Shown here: positions 1 through 6,023 of the stretch, piece by piece
Layout of the letters: each line of letters begins with the position of its first letter
How positions within the stretch are numbered: the first letter of the stretch is position 1
Origin: a virus
Taxonomy: Duplodnaviria; Caudoviricetes
Direction: 5' to 3' (one strand)
Virus record (IMG/VR): IMGVR_UViG_3300020045_003022
Span: 1 to 41,079 of that record
DNA: 41,079 nucleotides
Translations under genes and position numbers: made by a program
Notes under the pieces: model-generated
The model's database searches: none
Told to the model about the DNA's origin: nothing
The model's input: only the letters and a program-made list of their open reading frames with translations

Positions 1-121
1 TGAAATCAGTCGGGGCGAACTCTTCTATAATTACGTCGCCGCTGTCGTCGTAAACAGCCTGGGTATATACGCCATCACGCAAGCGCAATACCCGATAACG
101 TGTCTGGTTTTCGTAAAGGAA
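1..121. repeat. 121-bp terminal direct repeat, left copy (circular assembly overlap)
   Basis: Bases 1-121 are identical to 40959-41079, and the repeat lies inside the portal ORF. Confidence 0.97.
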
Positions 122-679
122 TTCGTCTTTTTCAATCTCGGTCAACTCGCACAGCTTGACCATGGTCAGCTTCAAGATTCCGCCGATAAGCTCGAACTTC
201 CAGTTATCTATTGACTCGGCGCGGTAAGTGGTAAGGCGCGCTTGCAGGTTTCGAGCTGCTACTTGCTCAGCAGATAAGCCAGGCTCTGATTCCGGGTATT
301 CCGCCAAAATGCCACAGCGCCCGACCTCTATAGCCTCGCCCGTGTAAATCTTGGCGCACTGCTCAAGCGACAGGCCGGAACCATCGGCATTCTCTAGCAT
401 GTACTCAAGCTGCGACGGCAAATCGGCTTTAGGCGGCGCGCGGAATACCATGCCAAGCAGACCTTGTTTCGTATAGCTCGACACTGGTAGCCATACTGCG
501 CGCATTAGGTAACGGGCATAACGACTCCGCGCCTCGTCGCTTCGGTCGGCTGCGCTATCGTCTGGCAGGAACAGCGTGGTTTCCTGCTTTACCTCGTCCT
601 GCCCTGCACATGCCGCGCGGTTACGCCGCCAGCGTTCGGTGTTGGCGGAGTATTCGGCGTGTACTGAGCTGATAGGCAT
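1..679 (-). CDS. Portal protein (DUF4055-like), N-terminal part; continues across the junction into 40213-41079, ~474 aa in total
   Basis: Translated by hand from ATG 679: MPISSVHAEYSANTERWRRNRAACAGQDEVK...LFLP...RYARYLMRAVW. It is in frame with ORF 40213..41046, has an AGGA RBS, and sits between TerL and the minor head gene. Confidence 0.9.
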   Translation of the reverse strand, partial: MPISSVHAEYSANTERWRRNRAACAGQDEVKQETTLFLPDDSAADRSDEARSRYARYLMRAVWLPVSSYTKQGLLGMVFRAPPKADLPSQLEYMLENADGSGLSLEQCAKIYTGEAIEVGRCGILAEYPESEPGLSAEQVAARNLQARLTTYRAESIDNWKFELIGGILKLTMVKLCELTEIEKDEFLYENQTRYRVLRLRDGVYTQAVYDDSGDVIIEEFAPTDF

Positions 680-701
680 ATGGGGCGCGTCCTGTTAGAT
701 A

Positions 702-717
702 TGCAGGTATTGTGCCA
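702..717 (-). promoter_or_regulatory. Late-promoter motif TGGCACAATACCTGCA upstream of portal
   Basis: An identical 18-mer occurs at 701-718 and 3417-3434. It also reads TTTACA-17bp-CACAAT. Confidence 0.75.
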
Positions 718-734
718 TGTTTTGTGATAGGTGT

Positions 735-759
735 AAAAAAGCCCGATTGCTAGTCGGGC
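735..759 (-). terminator. Rho-independent terminator
   Basis: GCCCGA/TCGGGC stem followed by T6 on the minus strand. Confidence 0.8.
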
Positions 760-793
760 CTGTGGTTAAAATCCTTCGTAGTCGTCGCGCATA

Positions 794-985
794 TCACTTA
801 TCCCAGATAGTAGCAGGCGCTTTATACTGCCCGCCTTTAATAAAGCCAAAAATTGGCTGGCGCTTCTTGACGTGAATTTTAGCTTCACGCAAATCAGCGC
901 GCAGTTGTTTTTGGTCGGCCAGCATATCAAGCGATCCCTCGATAATGCGGTGATTGCCTTCGCTGTCTTTTGTGTGCAGGTTCAT
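794..985 (-). CDS. Hypothetical protein (63 aa)
   Basis: ORF with GGAG RBS in a tightly packed cassette. Confidence 0.65.
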   Translation of the reverse strand: MNLHTKDSEGNHRIIEGSLDMLADQKQLRADLREAKIHVKKRQPIFGFIKGGQYKAPATIWDK

Positions 986-986
986 G

Positions 987-1163
987 TTAGCTCCAGATTG
1001 AAATCAGCGCGCCAACCATGCACGCTACAAAGCCGCCGAAAAACATAACCATAATAGCGGTCATAATCGCATACGGCGGATCAGGCTTATCCTCATAACC
1101 CTTTACGGCAACAAGCGCGCTCATAAAGAATACAAGCCCAGTCAGAAATATTTGCATGCCCAT
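987..1163 (-). CDS. Small two-TM membrane protein (58 aa; not in ORF track)
   Basis: MGMQIFLTGLVFFMSALVAVKGYEDKPDPPYAIMTAIMVMFFGGFVACMVGALISIWS, with TAATG coupling to the upstream ORF. Confidence 0.65.
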   Translation of the reverse strand: MGMQIFLTGLVFFMSALVAVKGYEDKPDPPYAIMTAIMVMFFGGFVACMVGALISIWS

Positions 1164-1357
1164 TATTTAACCACCCCCTCAACCCGCCCACCAACAAACT
1201 CCCCGCCACCCGGCATAGCGTAGATCACGCGGCCTTTGTAGATGATCGGGTCATGAACTTTGGCGGCCGGGTTGGTGATATCGACTTTTGCGACTAGTTC
1301 TACGCCTTGTAGGATGATGTTTGGGATGAAGCCGTGTGTTGTTTGGGTGCCGTTCAA
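1163..1357 (-). CDS. Hypothetical protein (64 aa)
   Basis: ORF overlapping both neighbours, with AGGAG RBS. Confidence 0.6.
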   Translation of the reverse strand: MNGTQTTHGFIPNIILQGVELVAKVDITNPAAKVHDPIIYKGRVIYAMPGGGEFVGGRVEGVVK

Positions 1358-1656
1358 TTTGATTCTCCTTTTGCGCGGTCGATTGCGGCCAATGCTTTAA
1401 CGCCTTCTGGCAATTCTTCTACAGACCAATTACCAGCATCACCTGAGTCGGCCAACTGTTTGTAGCTGGAAAACAACTCCTCAAGCGCCTCCAACAAATT
1501 CGGCGCGGCTGCGATTAGTCTGGCGTTTGCTTCTATCTCTGCTGTTGGCGTATGAACACCGTGAACGGACGCATAAAAACGATTAACTCCATATACATCA
1601 AGCGCATAAACTGTACGCTGGTCAATCTTCCAAGGCCCCGGCGTAAACTTATTCAT
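1354..1656 (-). CDS. Conserved phage protein of unknown function (TPGPW...ANARLIAAAP family)
   Basis: Recognisable family motifs; first gene after a sigma70-like promoter. Confidence 0.8.
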   Translation of the reverse strand: MNKFTPGPWKIDQRTVYALDVYGVNRFYASVHGVHTPTAEIEANARLIAAAPNLLEALEELFSSYKQLADSGDAGNWSVEELPEGVKALAAIDRAKGESN

Positions 1657-1689
1657 CTTCCAAACTCCAAATCAATCGAATGTAGGTCC

Positions 1690-1728
1690 ATTGTGCAGGC
1701 TGATCGAGAGACTGTCTAGATTTATTTT
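1690..1728 (-). promoter_or_regulatory. sigma70-like promoter TAGACA-17-CACAAT with upstream AAAATAAATC
   Basis: Same architecture as the sites at 4176, 5986 and 11091. Confidence 0.65.
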
Positions 1729-1731
1729 CTG

Positions 1732-3009
1732 CTAGTATCCGAAGCGAACCGGAGTAATCAGCACAGGCTTAACAATCGGCATTTCGTAGGCAATCGGATA
1801 GCCAGTCGCATCGTTCTGGTGATCCGTGCCAGAAGACTTGTCAGGCTCGCCGTTCTTGTCGTATGCCTGGTGCTCTAGGTTCTTGGCTACTGTCGGGCAC
1901 GCCTTAGCGTTAACTCGCAGCAGTCCATCCTCTAGCGCCTTGTTGACGGCCATAATACGGTTCTTGACTGCCGGGTTGGTCGGTTTCACGCGAACGCTAA
2001 AGCCGGCCTGTTGTAGCAGCGCAATATCAGACGTGCTGGCGTCGTTAGACTTACGATTCTGACCGCTGGCGTCCGGGTAAACGTGTATCTTGTGGCCGTT
2101 AGCTTTCCAGCGCTCGCAGATGATCTTAATCATGGCCGGCGTGTCGTAGATGTCCTTTAGCTCATCAACCGCATGCCAAACCTTATCGCGCTTTACGTAA
2201 ACGGTCGCCGCCATGTGGTCGACGTTAAAGTCCATGCCGATAAATAGCGGATCGCCAAGCTGGATAACCTCATTCGATCCGCAGCGGACTCGATCATAAG
2301 ACCGATACACCGTGCCGCTTGTAAGGTTGGTGAACTGGCCGCGAAGGTATGCGCCGATCAGTTCTTTTGGGTATGTCTGCTCAAGCGATGAGATGTAATC
2401 GTGCGGGAGGTTCGCGGCGTTATCGTATGTGCTTGCCTGCAACAGTCCGTAATTTCCGGATAGTTGCGGCCTGTCACGCAGGGCTTGCACAAACATTTCG
2501 TATGTGAACTTATACCCCTCAGGCGTAGTCGTAACGTCGATCCCGTTGCGCAGCCCTTCGTCGTTGTAACGCATACGCGCGATGATCTTCATCCATGAAA
2601 GGCGCGCTTTCTCGGTCGTCATCACGTCCAGCTCGTCAATGAGCCCGTGCCCGATCTTAAAGCCGATGATGCTGGCGGGATTGCTCATGGATCGGCATAG
2701 CGCGGTCCCTCGATAGCGCTTTCCTGAGTAGAAATCTACCTCCTTGTCACTGGTGCGCGTAACAACACGCAGCCCCATGGTGTCTGCCACTTCCTCAATC
2801 GTCGGATAGAAAATATCGCGGATGTGCGGAAACGTCGGCGCAAAGTAGCCGGCGTTAATCTTTGGATGCTGCCAAAAGTGGGTGCACATAGCCTGGCAGC
2901 CTACCCACGTCTTTCCGCTACCAAAACCAGCAACGAACGCGCGGAACTTGTGCGGCATCGCCAGGAATTTAGCCTGCGGGACGTTAGCCGTCGCGCTGAA
3001 TGCTGGCAT
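1732..3009 (-). CDS. terL: Terminase large subunit
   Basis: Walker A AGFGSGKT, Walker B GLIDELD, TTTP coupling motif, C-terminal RNase H-like GMDFN and DHQNDA. Confidence 0.95.
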   Translation of the reverse strand: MPAFSATANVPQAKFLAMPHKFRAFVAGFGSGKTWVGCQAMCTHFWQHPKINAGYFAPTFPHIRDIFYPTIEEVADTMGLRVVTRTSDKEVDFYSGKRYRGTALCRSMSNPASIIGFKIGHGLIDELDVMTTEKARLSWMKIIARMRYNDEGLRNGIDVTTTPEGYKFTYEMFVQALRDRPQLSGNYGLLQASTYDNAANLPHDYISSLEQTYPKELIGAYLRGQFTNLTSGTVYRSYDRVRCGSNEVIQLGDPLFIGMDFNVDHMAATVYVKRDKVWHAVDELKDIYDTPAMIKIICERWKANGHKIHVYPDASGQNRKSNDASTSDIALLQQAGFSVRVKPTNPAVKNRIMAVNKALEDGLLRVNAKACPTVAKNLEHQAYDKNGEPDKSSGTDHQNDATGYPIAYEMPIVKPVLITPVRFGY

Positions 3010-3418
3010 CTTGAACCTGAATGATTACCTGCACTGGTTGCGGGGCGTCTTCTTCAACTTGCTTGTCAATCCCAGCAAGTTTCGCCTGCGCCATAATTGC
3101 CTGCACGGCAGCGGCACACTGAGGACGCTCGCCACCCTTGGCTAGTGCGAGCACCTCTTCCAGCTTTTCAATCTGGCCTTCTACTGTTATCAAGAAGCGC
3201 TCCTTAATTTCTGATTTGATCTGATCCAAGTACTTCTTAAACCTCGGCTGCTGCTTGAGCTGGCACGCTTTGACCCTGAGACAGTTAAGTGACGCCTGCG
3301 AATCTGGGCAGAAAACCTCTTTGTATATCTTCCACTCTGGCACGTGCGTCTCGGTCATCATGCGCCGCGCGAACTCTTCGTTCTTTCGGTTGTGGACTTT
3401 GTAGGTTCGTTTTTCCAT
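2984..3418 (-). CDS. terS: Terminase small subunit (start re-assigned to ATG 3418)
   Basis: Helical protein ending AAVQAIMAQAKLAG and overlapping the TerL start. The start position is uncertain. Confidence 0.75.
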   Translation of the reverse strand: MEKRTYKVHNRKNEEFARRMMTETHVPEWKIYKEVFCPDSQASLNCLRVKACQLKQQPRFKKYLDQIKSEIKERFLITVEGQIEKLEEVLALAKGGERPQCAAAVQAIMAQAKLAGIDKQVEEDAPQPVQVIIQVQDASIQRDG

Positions 3419-3433
3419 GCAGGTATTGTGCCA
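3418..3433 (-). promoter_or_regulatory. Late-promoter motif abutting the TerS ATG
   Basis: TGGCACAATACCTGCA(TG), identical to the portal copy. Confidence 0.75.
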
Positions 3434-3449
3434 TAGATATGTGTCGGGC

Positions 3450-3474
3450 AAAAGAAAGCCCCTGTTAAGGGGCT
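3450..3474 (-). terminator. Rho-independent terminator
   Basis: AGCCCCT/AGGGGCT stem followed by TTCTTTT. Confidence 0.8.
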
Positions 3475-3479
3475 AGGTT

Positions 3480-4148
3480 TTAGGCGGATGGGCGGGAGTG
3501 CCATGAGAAATCTTTTGCTGCAAATTCAGTTTCTGCCGGCTTAAATCTCCTTTCTTCCTCACTATCATCTATAAACACAAACTCATGCGCTATGTCTGAC
3601 TCTAATTTGTACAGGCGCCCATTGGAAACGCCGCACCATTCATCCTCGTTTTCCATCCGCAGCAAATCCCCAGCCTTCCAATTCCGCCAATCGCTCATAT
3701 CCTCGACTGGCTCAGCAGCAACGGCAATCAACGCAAAACCCTCGCCAGCCAGTTTGCTGACAAGCTCGGCGCGTTCGGCGGTCATTGCTTCGATACTGGC
3801 GTCGATTTCGCGGATGCGGTCTCGAATTGCAAACGGGTTTCTTGTGTAGCCAGCCAACAAGCCACTGCCGTCACCAAGAGCGCGACCAGCAGCTTTGACC
3901 CGCTCAGCCTGCCACATTTCGCGGGTTACGATTGCGGTTGCGTGGTCGGTGGCGATGCAGCTAAGCGGTGTAATGTTCATGATATGACCCATGCTTGACC
4001 ATACAACATCATCGTCATCTGGGCATGTTACTTCTGGCCTAAGAGTACGCCATGCGCCAATATCTCCAGACGTGTCTTGGCAGATAGTCAAACAGCTATC
4101 CATCGGCCATTCCCCCAACTCTTTCGCCAAAATCTCTACCAATTTCAT
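3480..4148 (-). CDS. Conserved hypothetical phage protein (222 aa, mosaic)
   Basis: MKLVEILAKELGEWP...IVTREMWQAER N-terminal module seen in other phages; has its own promoter, GGAGG RBS and terminator. Confidence 0.8.
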   Translation of the reverse strand: MKLVEILAKELGEWPMDSCLTICQDTSGDIGAWRTLRPEVTCPDDDDVVWSSMGHIMNITPLSCIATDHATAIVTREMWQAERVKAAGRALGDGSGLLAGYTRNPFAIRDRIREIDASIEAMTAERAELVSKLAGEGFALIAVAAEPVEDMSDWRNWKAGDLLRMENEDEWCGVSNGRLYKLESDIAHEFVFIDDSEEERRFKPAETEFAAKDFSWHSRPSA

Positions 4149-4175
4149 TTTGCATCCTCCACTAAGTGAGTCGCC

Positions 4176-4213
4176 ATCATATCAAGTGGCGCGGTGTTGT
4201 CTAGCTTTATTTT
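4176..4213 (-). promoter_or_regulatory. sigma70-like promoter TAGACA-16-TATGAT (TGn extended) with AAAATAAAGC
   Basis: Shared motif class. Confidence 0.7.
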
Positions 4214-4225
4214 CACTCGCGCAAT

Positions 4226-4275
4226 AAAAAACCCCAGCGCCGATTTTGCAGGATCGCTGCTCTGTCGTGTGGGGT
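4226..4275 (-). terminator. Branched terminator closing the non-coding cassette
   Basis: ACCCCA/TGGGGT outer stem with inner hairpins, followed by a T-run. Confidence 0.55.
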
Positions 4276-4284
4276 CCGTGTTGC

Positions 4285-4350
4285 TGGTAGCGCCGGTAGT
4301 CGGATTTTAACCGCTGTCTATCTCTAGATTGCCCTGCGTAACCGGTCGCA
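4285..4350 (-). ncRNA. Putative tRNA-like small RNA (element C)
   Basis: GCG(A)CCGGU/ACCGGCGC closing stem, UCUA-GAGA-UAGA GNRA hairpin, T-arm-like CGG-UUAAAAU-CCG, and a 3' ACCA. Confidence 0.5.
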
Positions 4351-4351
4351 A

Positions 4352-4458
4352 TGGTAATGAATGGGCCGGAGCTGATCCCGGCATGATCGGATGGTTTTTA
4401 CATGGATACTTTCCGATTCTATCCATCTAAGCGCATCAGCCTGCGCATTCCATTCATT
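4352..4458 (-). ncRNA. Putative cloverleaf RNA with kissing loops (element B)
   Basis: 9-bp closing stem AAUGAAUGG/CCAUUCAUU plus ACCA. Hairpins GCGCA-GGCUGA-UGCGC and GCCGG-GAUCAGCU-CCGGC have complementary loops. Central stem AUGGAUA/UAUCCAU. Confidence 0.7.
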
Positions 4459-4459
4459 T

Positions 4460-4521
4460 GCATAACCACCATGGTGAGTTCCCCGAGTCGTAGGGGCTCA
4501 TTTCCAATCCGATGGTTATGC
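4460..4521 (-). ncRNA. Putative structured RNA (element A)
   Basis: 11-bp stem GCAUAACCAUC/GGUGGUUAUGC enclosing UGAG-CCCC-loop-GGGG-AA-CUCA. Confidence 0.5.
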
Positions 4522-4660
4522 GAATAAATAGCCGAATCGAGCACGGTGGCTAGCCGTCATGAGGAGTTTCACCCGCTCTGGTCGCATTCCTTGGCGCGCA
4601 TAGGCCGGAGTAAAGCCATCATAGCAAACTGTTCAGGTTTAGCGCTGCGTGCCACACGCT

Positions 4661-4676
4661 TGCAGGTAGTGTAACC
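4661..4676 (-). promoter_or_regulatory. Variant late-promoter motif GGTTACACTACCTGCA driving the non-coding cassette
   Basis: 4658-4672 matches 39162-39176 at 14 of 15 positions. Confidence 0.55.
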
Positions 4677-4988
4677 CTACTCGATCTTCTTGCCAATGAA
4701 TTTCAGCGCAAATGTACGAAACTGCACAACGCCAACAAAGCCAACGCTTGACCCGATGAACACGCCAATCGACGGCGGCAAACCAAGATATCCGGCGCCA
4801 CTGTAAAGACCAACCGCAATGCAGCCACACAATAGGCCTTCAAGCCCAATGCGCTGCCAGCTCTTTTCGGACTTGTCGTATGCCACGCGCAAGGTGGCGG
4901 TAATGATTGCCGCGATTAACGCCTGAGCCTCCCCTGGTAGCGATGAAAGGAATAGAAACCAGTTGTTAGGATTATCGGGCATCTTCAT
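4677..4988 (-). CDS. Holin, lambda S family, with Met-Lys-Met dual start
   Basis: Hydrophobic segments, LRVAY...EGLLCG...IGSSVGFVGV motifs, basic C-terminus, MKM N-terminus. Confidence 0.88.
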   Translation of the reverse strand: MKMPDNPNNWFLFLSSLPGEAQALIAAIITATLRVAYDKSEKSWQRIGLEGLLCGCIAVGLYSGAGYLGLPPSIGVFIGSSVGFVGVVQFRTFALKFIGKKIE

Positions 4989-5146
4989 TTATCCGTTACC
5001 AAGATTGGCATTCATTTTGCATGAGTATAAATCACGCTCAGGACGCTGGCAATTATTCACTATTATGCGAAAAATAATAATTGTGATCGTGCGGATTATA
5101 GGTTGTTATCGGCAGTTATAGCAGGAATCCGCTAGATCTTGATGAC

Positions 5147-5174
5147 AAAGAAAAGCCGGCACATTGGCCGGCTT
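5147..5174 (-). terminator. Rho-independent terminator
   Basis: AAGCCGGC/GCCGGCTT stem followed by TTCTTT. Confidence 0.8.
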
Positions 5175-5183
5175 GGTTGGTGG

Positions 5184-5759
5184 CTAGGGTTTTCGGTAGC
5201 TTGAATCTGCTAGGCGATAGAAAGCCTCTTGCCAATGCGGCGAAAGATCGCGCCAAGAATGCGTTTCAGGCCATGCAATTCTGAATAGATCATGCGCTCG
5301 ATTATCCCGCTCATCCGCCGCGATCTGCTCTGGTGTGCGGATTGGTTCAAAATTGCCATTATCGCCACAAAGAGCATGGTAATGATATGAGCCATCGAGC
5401 TTGTATCTGAATATCGCCAACGGTGTGTTAATGTCGTTTTCTGTATGGCCGACAATCTCCACGGTTAAGCCTTCGAACTGCTCAAGAAACTCATTGCCGC
5501 ACGCCATGTCTTCAGGAATGCGCACGGTTAATCCAACCGGCGGCAGACCTTCGCCAGACCATGGGGTTGGTTGTGGGCGCGTGTGTACTTTGTAGGCGGC
5601 AATGTCACGCTTTGGCCAATATCTGCCGCCTGTGTCCGTGTAGCGATCACCGTCATCACGATGCCACCCGCTTTGATCAAGCGAATTTGTTGCTTGCAAG
5701 TCTTCCAGCCACAACGGATAACCTTCCGGCGCCTTACTCCAATCAATAACGTCACTCAT
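5184..5759 (-). CDS. Conserved hypothetical phage protein (IDWSKAPEG / WSGEGLPPVG family)
   Basis: Motifs typical of Pseudomonas-phage small proteins. Confidence 0.8.
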   Translation of the reverse strand: MSDVIDWSKAPEGYPLWLEDLQATNSLDQSGWHRDDGDRYTDTGGRYWPKRDIAAYKVHTRPQPTPWSGEGLPPVGLTVRIPEDMACGNEFLEQFEGLTVEIVGHTENDINTPLAIFRYKLDGSYHYHALCGDNGNFEPIRTPEQIAADERDNRAHDLFRIAWPETHSWRDLSPHWQEAFYRLADSSYRKP

Positions 5760-5956
5760 CTTTTCGGCACTCCAGTCTTCGAGTCAATCCAGCTAAGTTG
5801 ATAGGGCTTGATTAGCCAGGCCCAGCTTGTAACGCCTTGGCAGCTATTCAGGATGCACAGCGAGCCGACTAGCAATGGGGCGCCATTATCTACGCGCACA
5901 ACCATGCCAACCTCCAGCTTATCCGGCGCGCCTTCTATCCATTCGATGTTGATCAT
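5756..5956 (-). CDS. Hypothetical protein (66 aa)
   Basis: ORF after a promoter, ATGA-coupled to the next gene. Confidence 0.65.
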   Translation of the reverse strand: MINIEWIEGAPDKLEVGMVVRVDNGAPLLVGSLCILNSCQGVTSWAWLIKPYQLSWIDSKTGVPKR

Positions 5957-5985
5957 TTTTCATTCCGTGTCATGTGTTCCCGCAC

Positions 5986-6023
5986 ACCATATCGCTACGG
6001 CGTGCGGGTGTCTAGGTTTTTAT
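5986..6023 (-). promoter_or_regulatory. sigma70-like promoter TAGACA-17-TATGGT with upstream A-tract
   Basis: Shared motif class. Confidence 0.65.

Noticed and set aside
4285-4458. Canonical tRNA genes
   Set aside because: No proper D-arm/anticodon arm or TTCRA loop, so they are reported as tRNA-like ncRNAs instead.
4639-4830. 63-aa alternate-frame ORF in the holin
   Set aside because: No RBS, lipobox or family motif; the holin frame explains the sequence.
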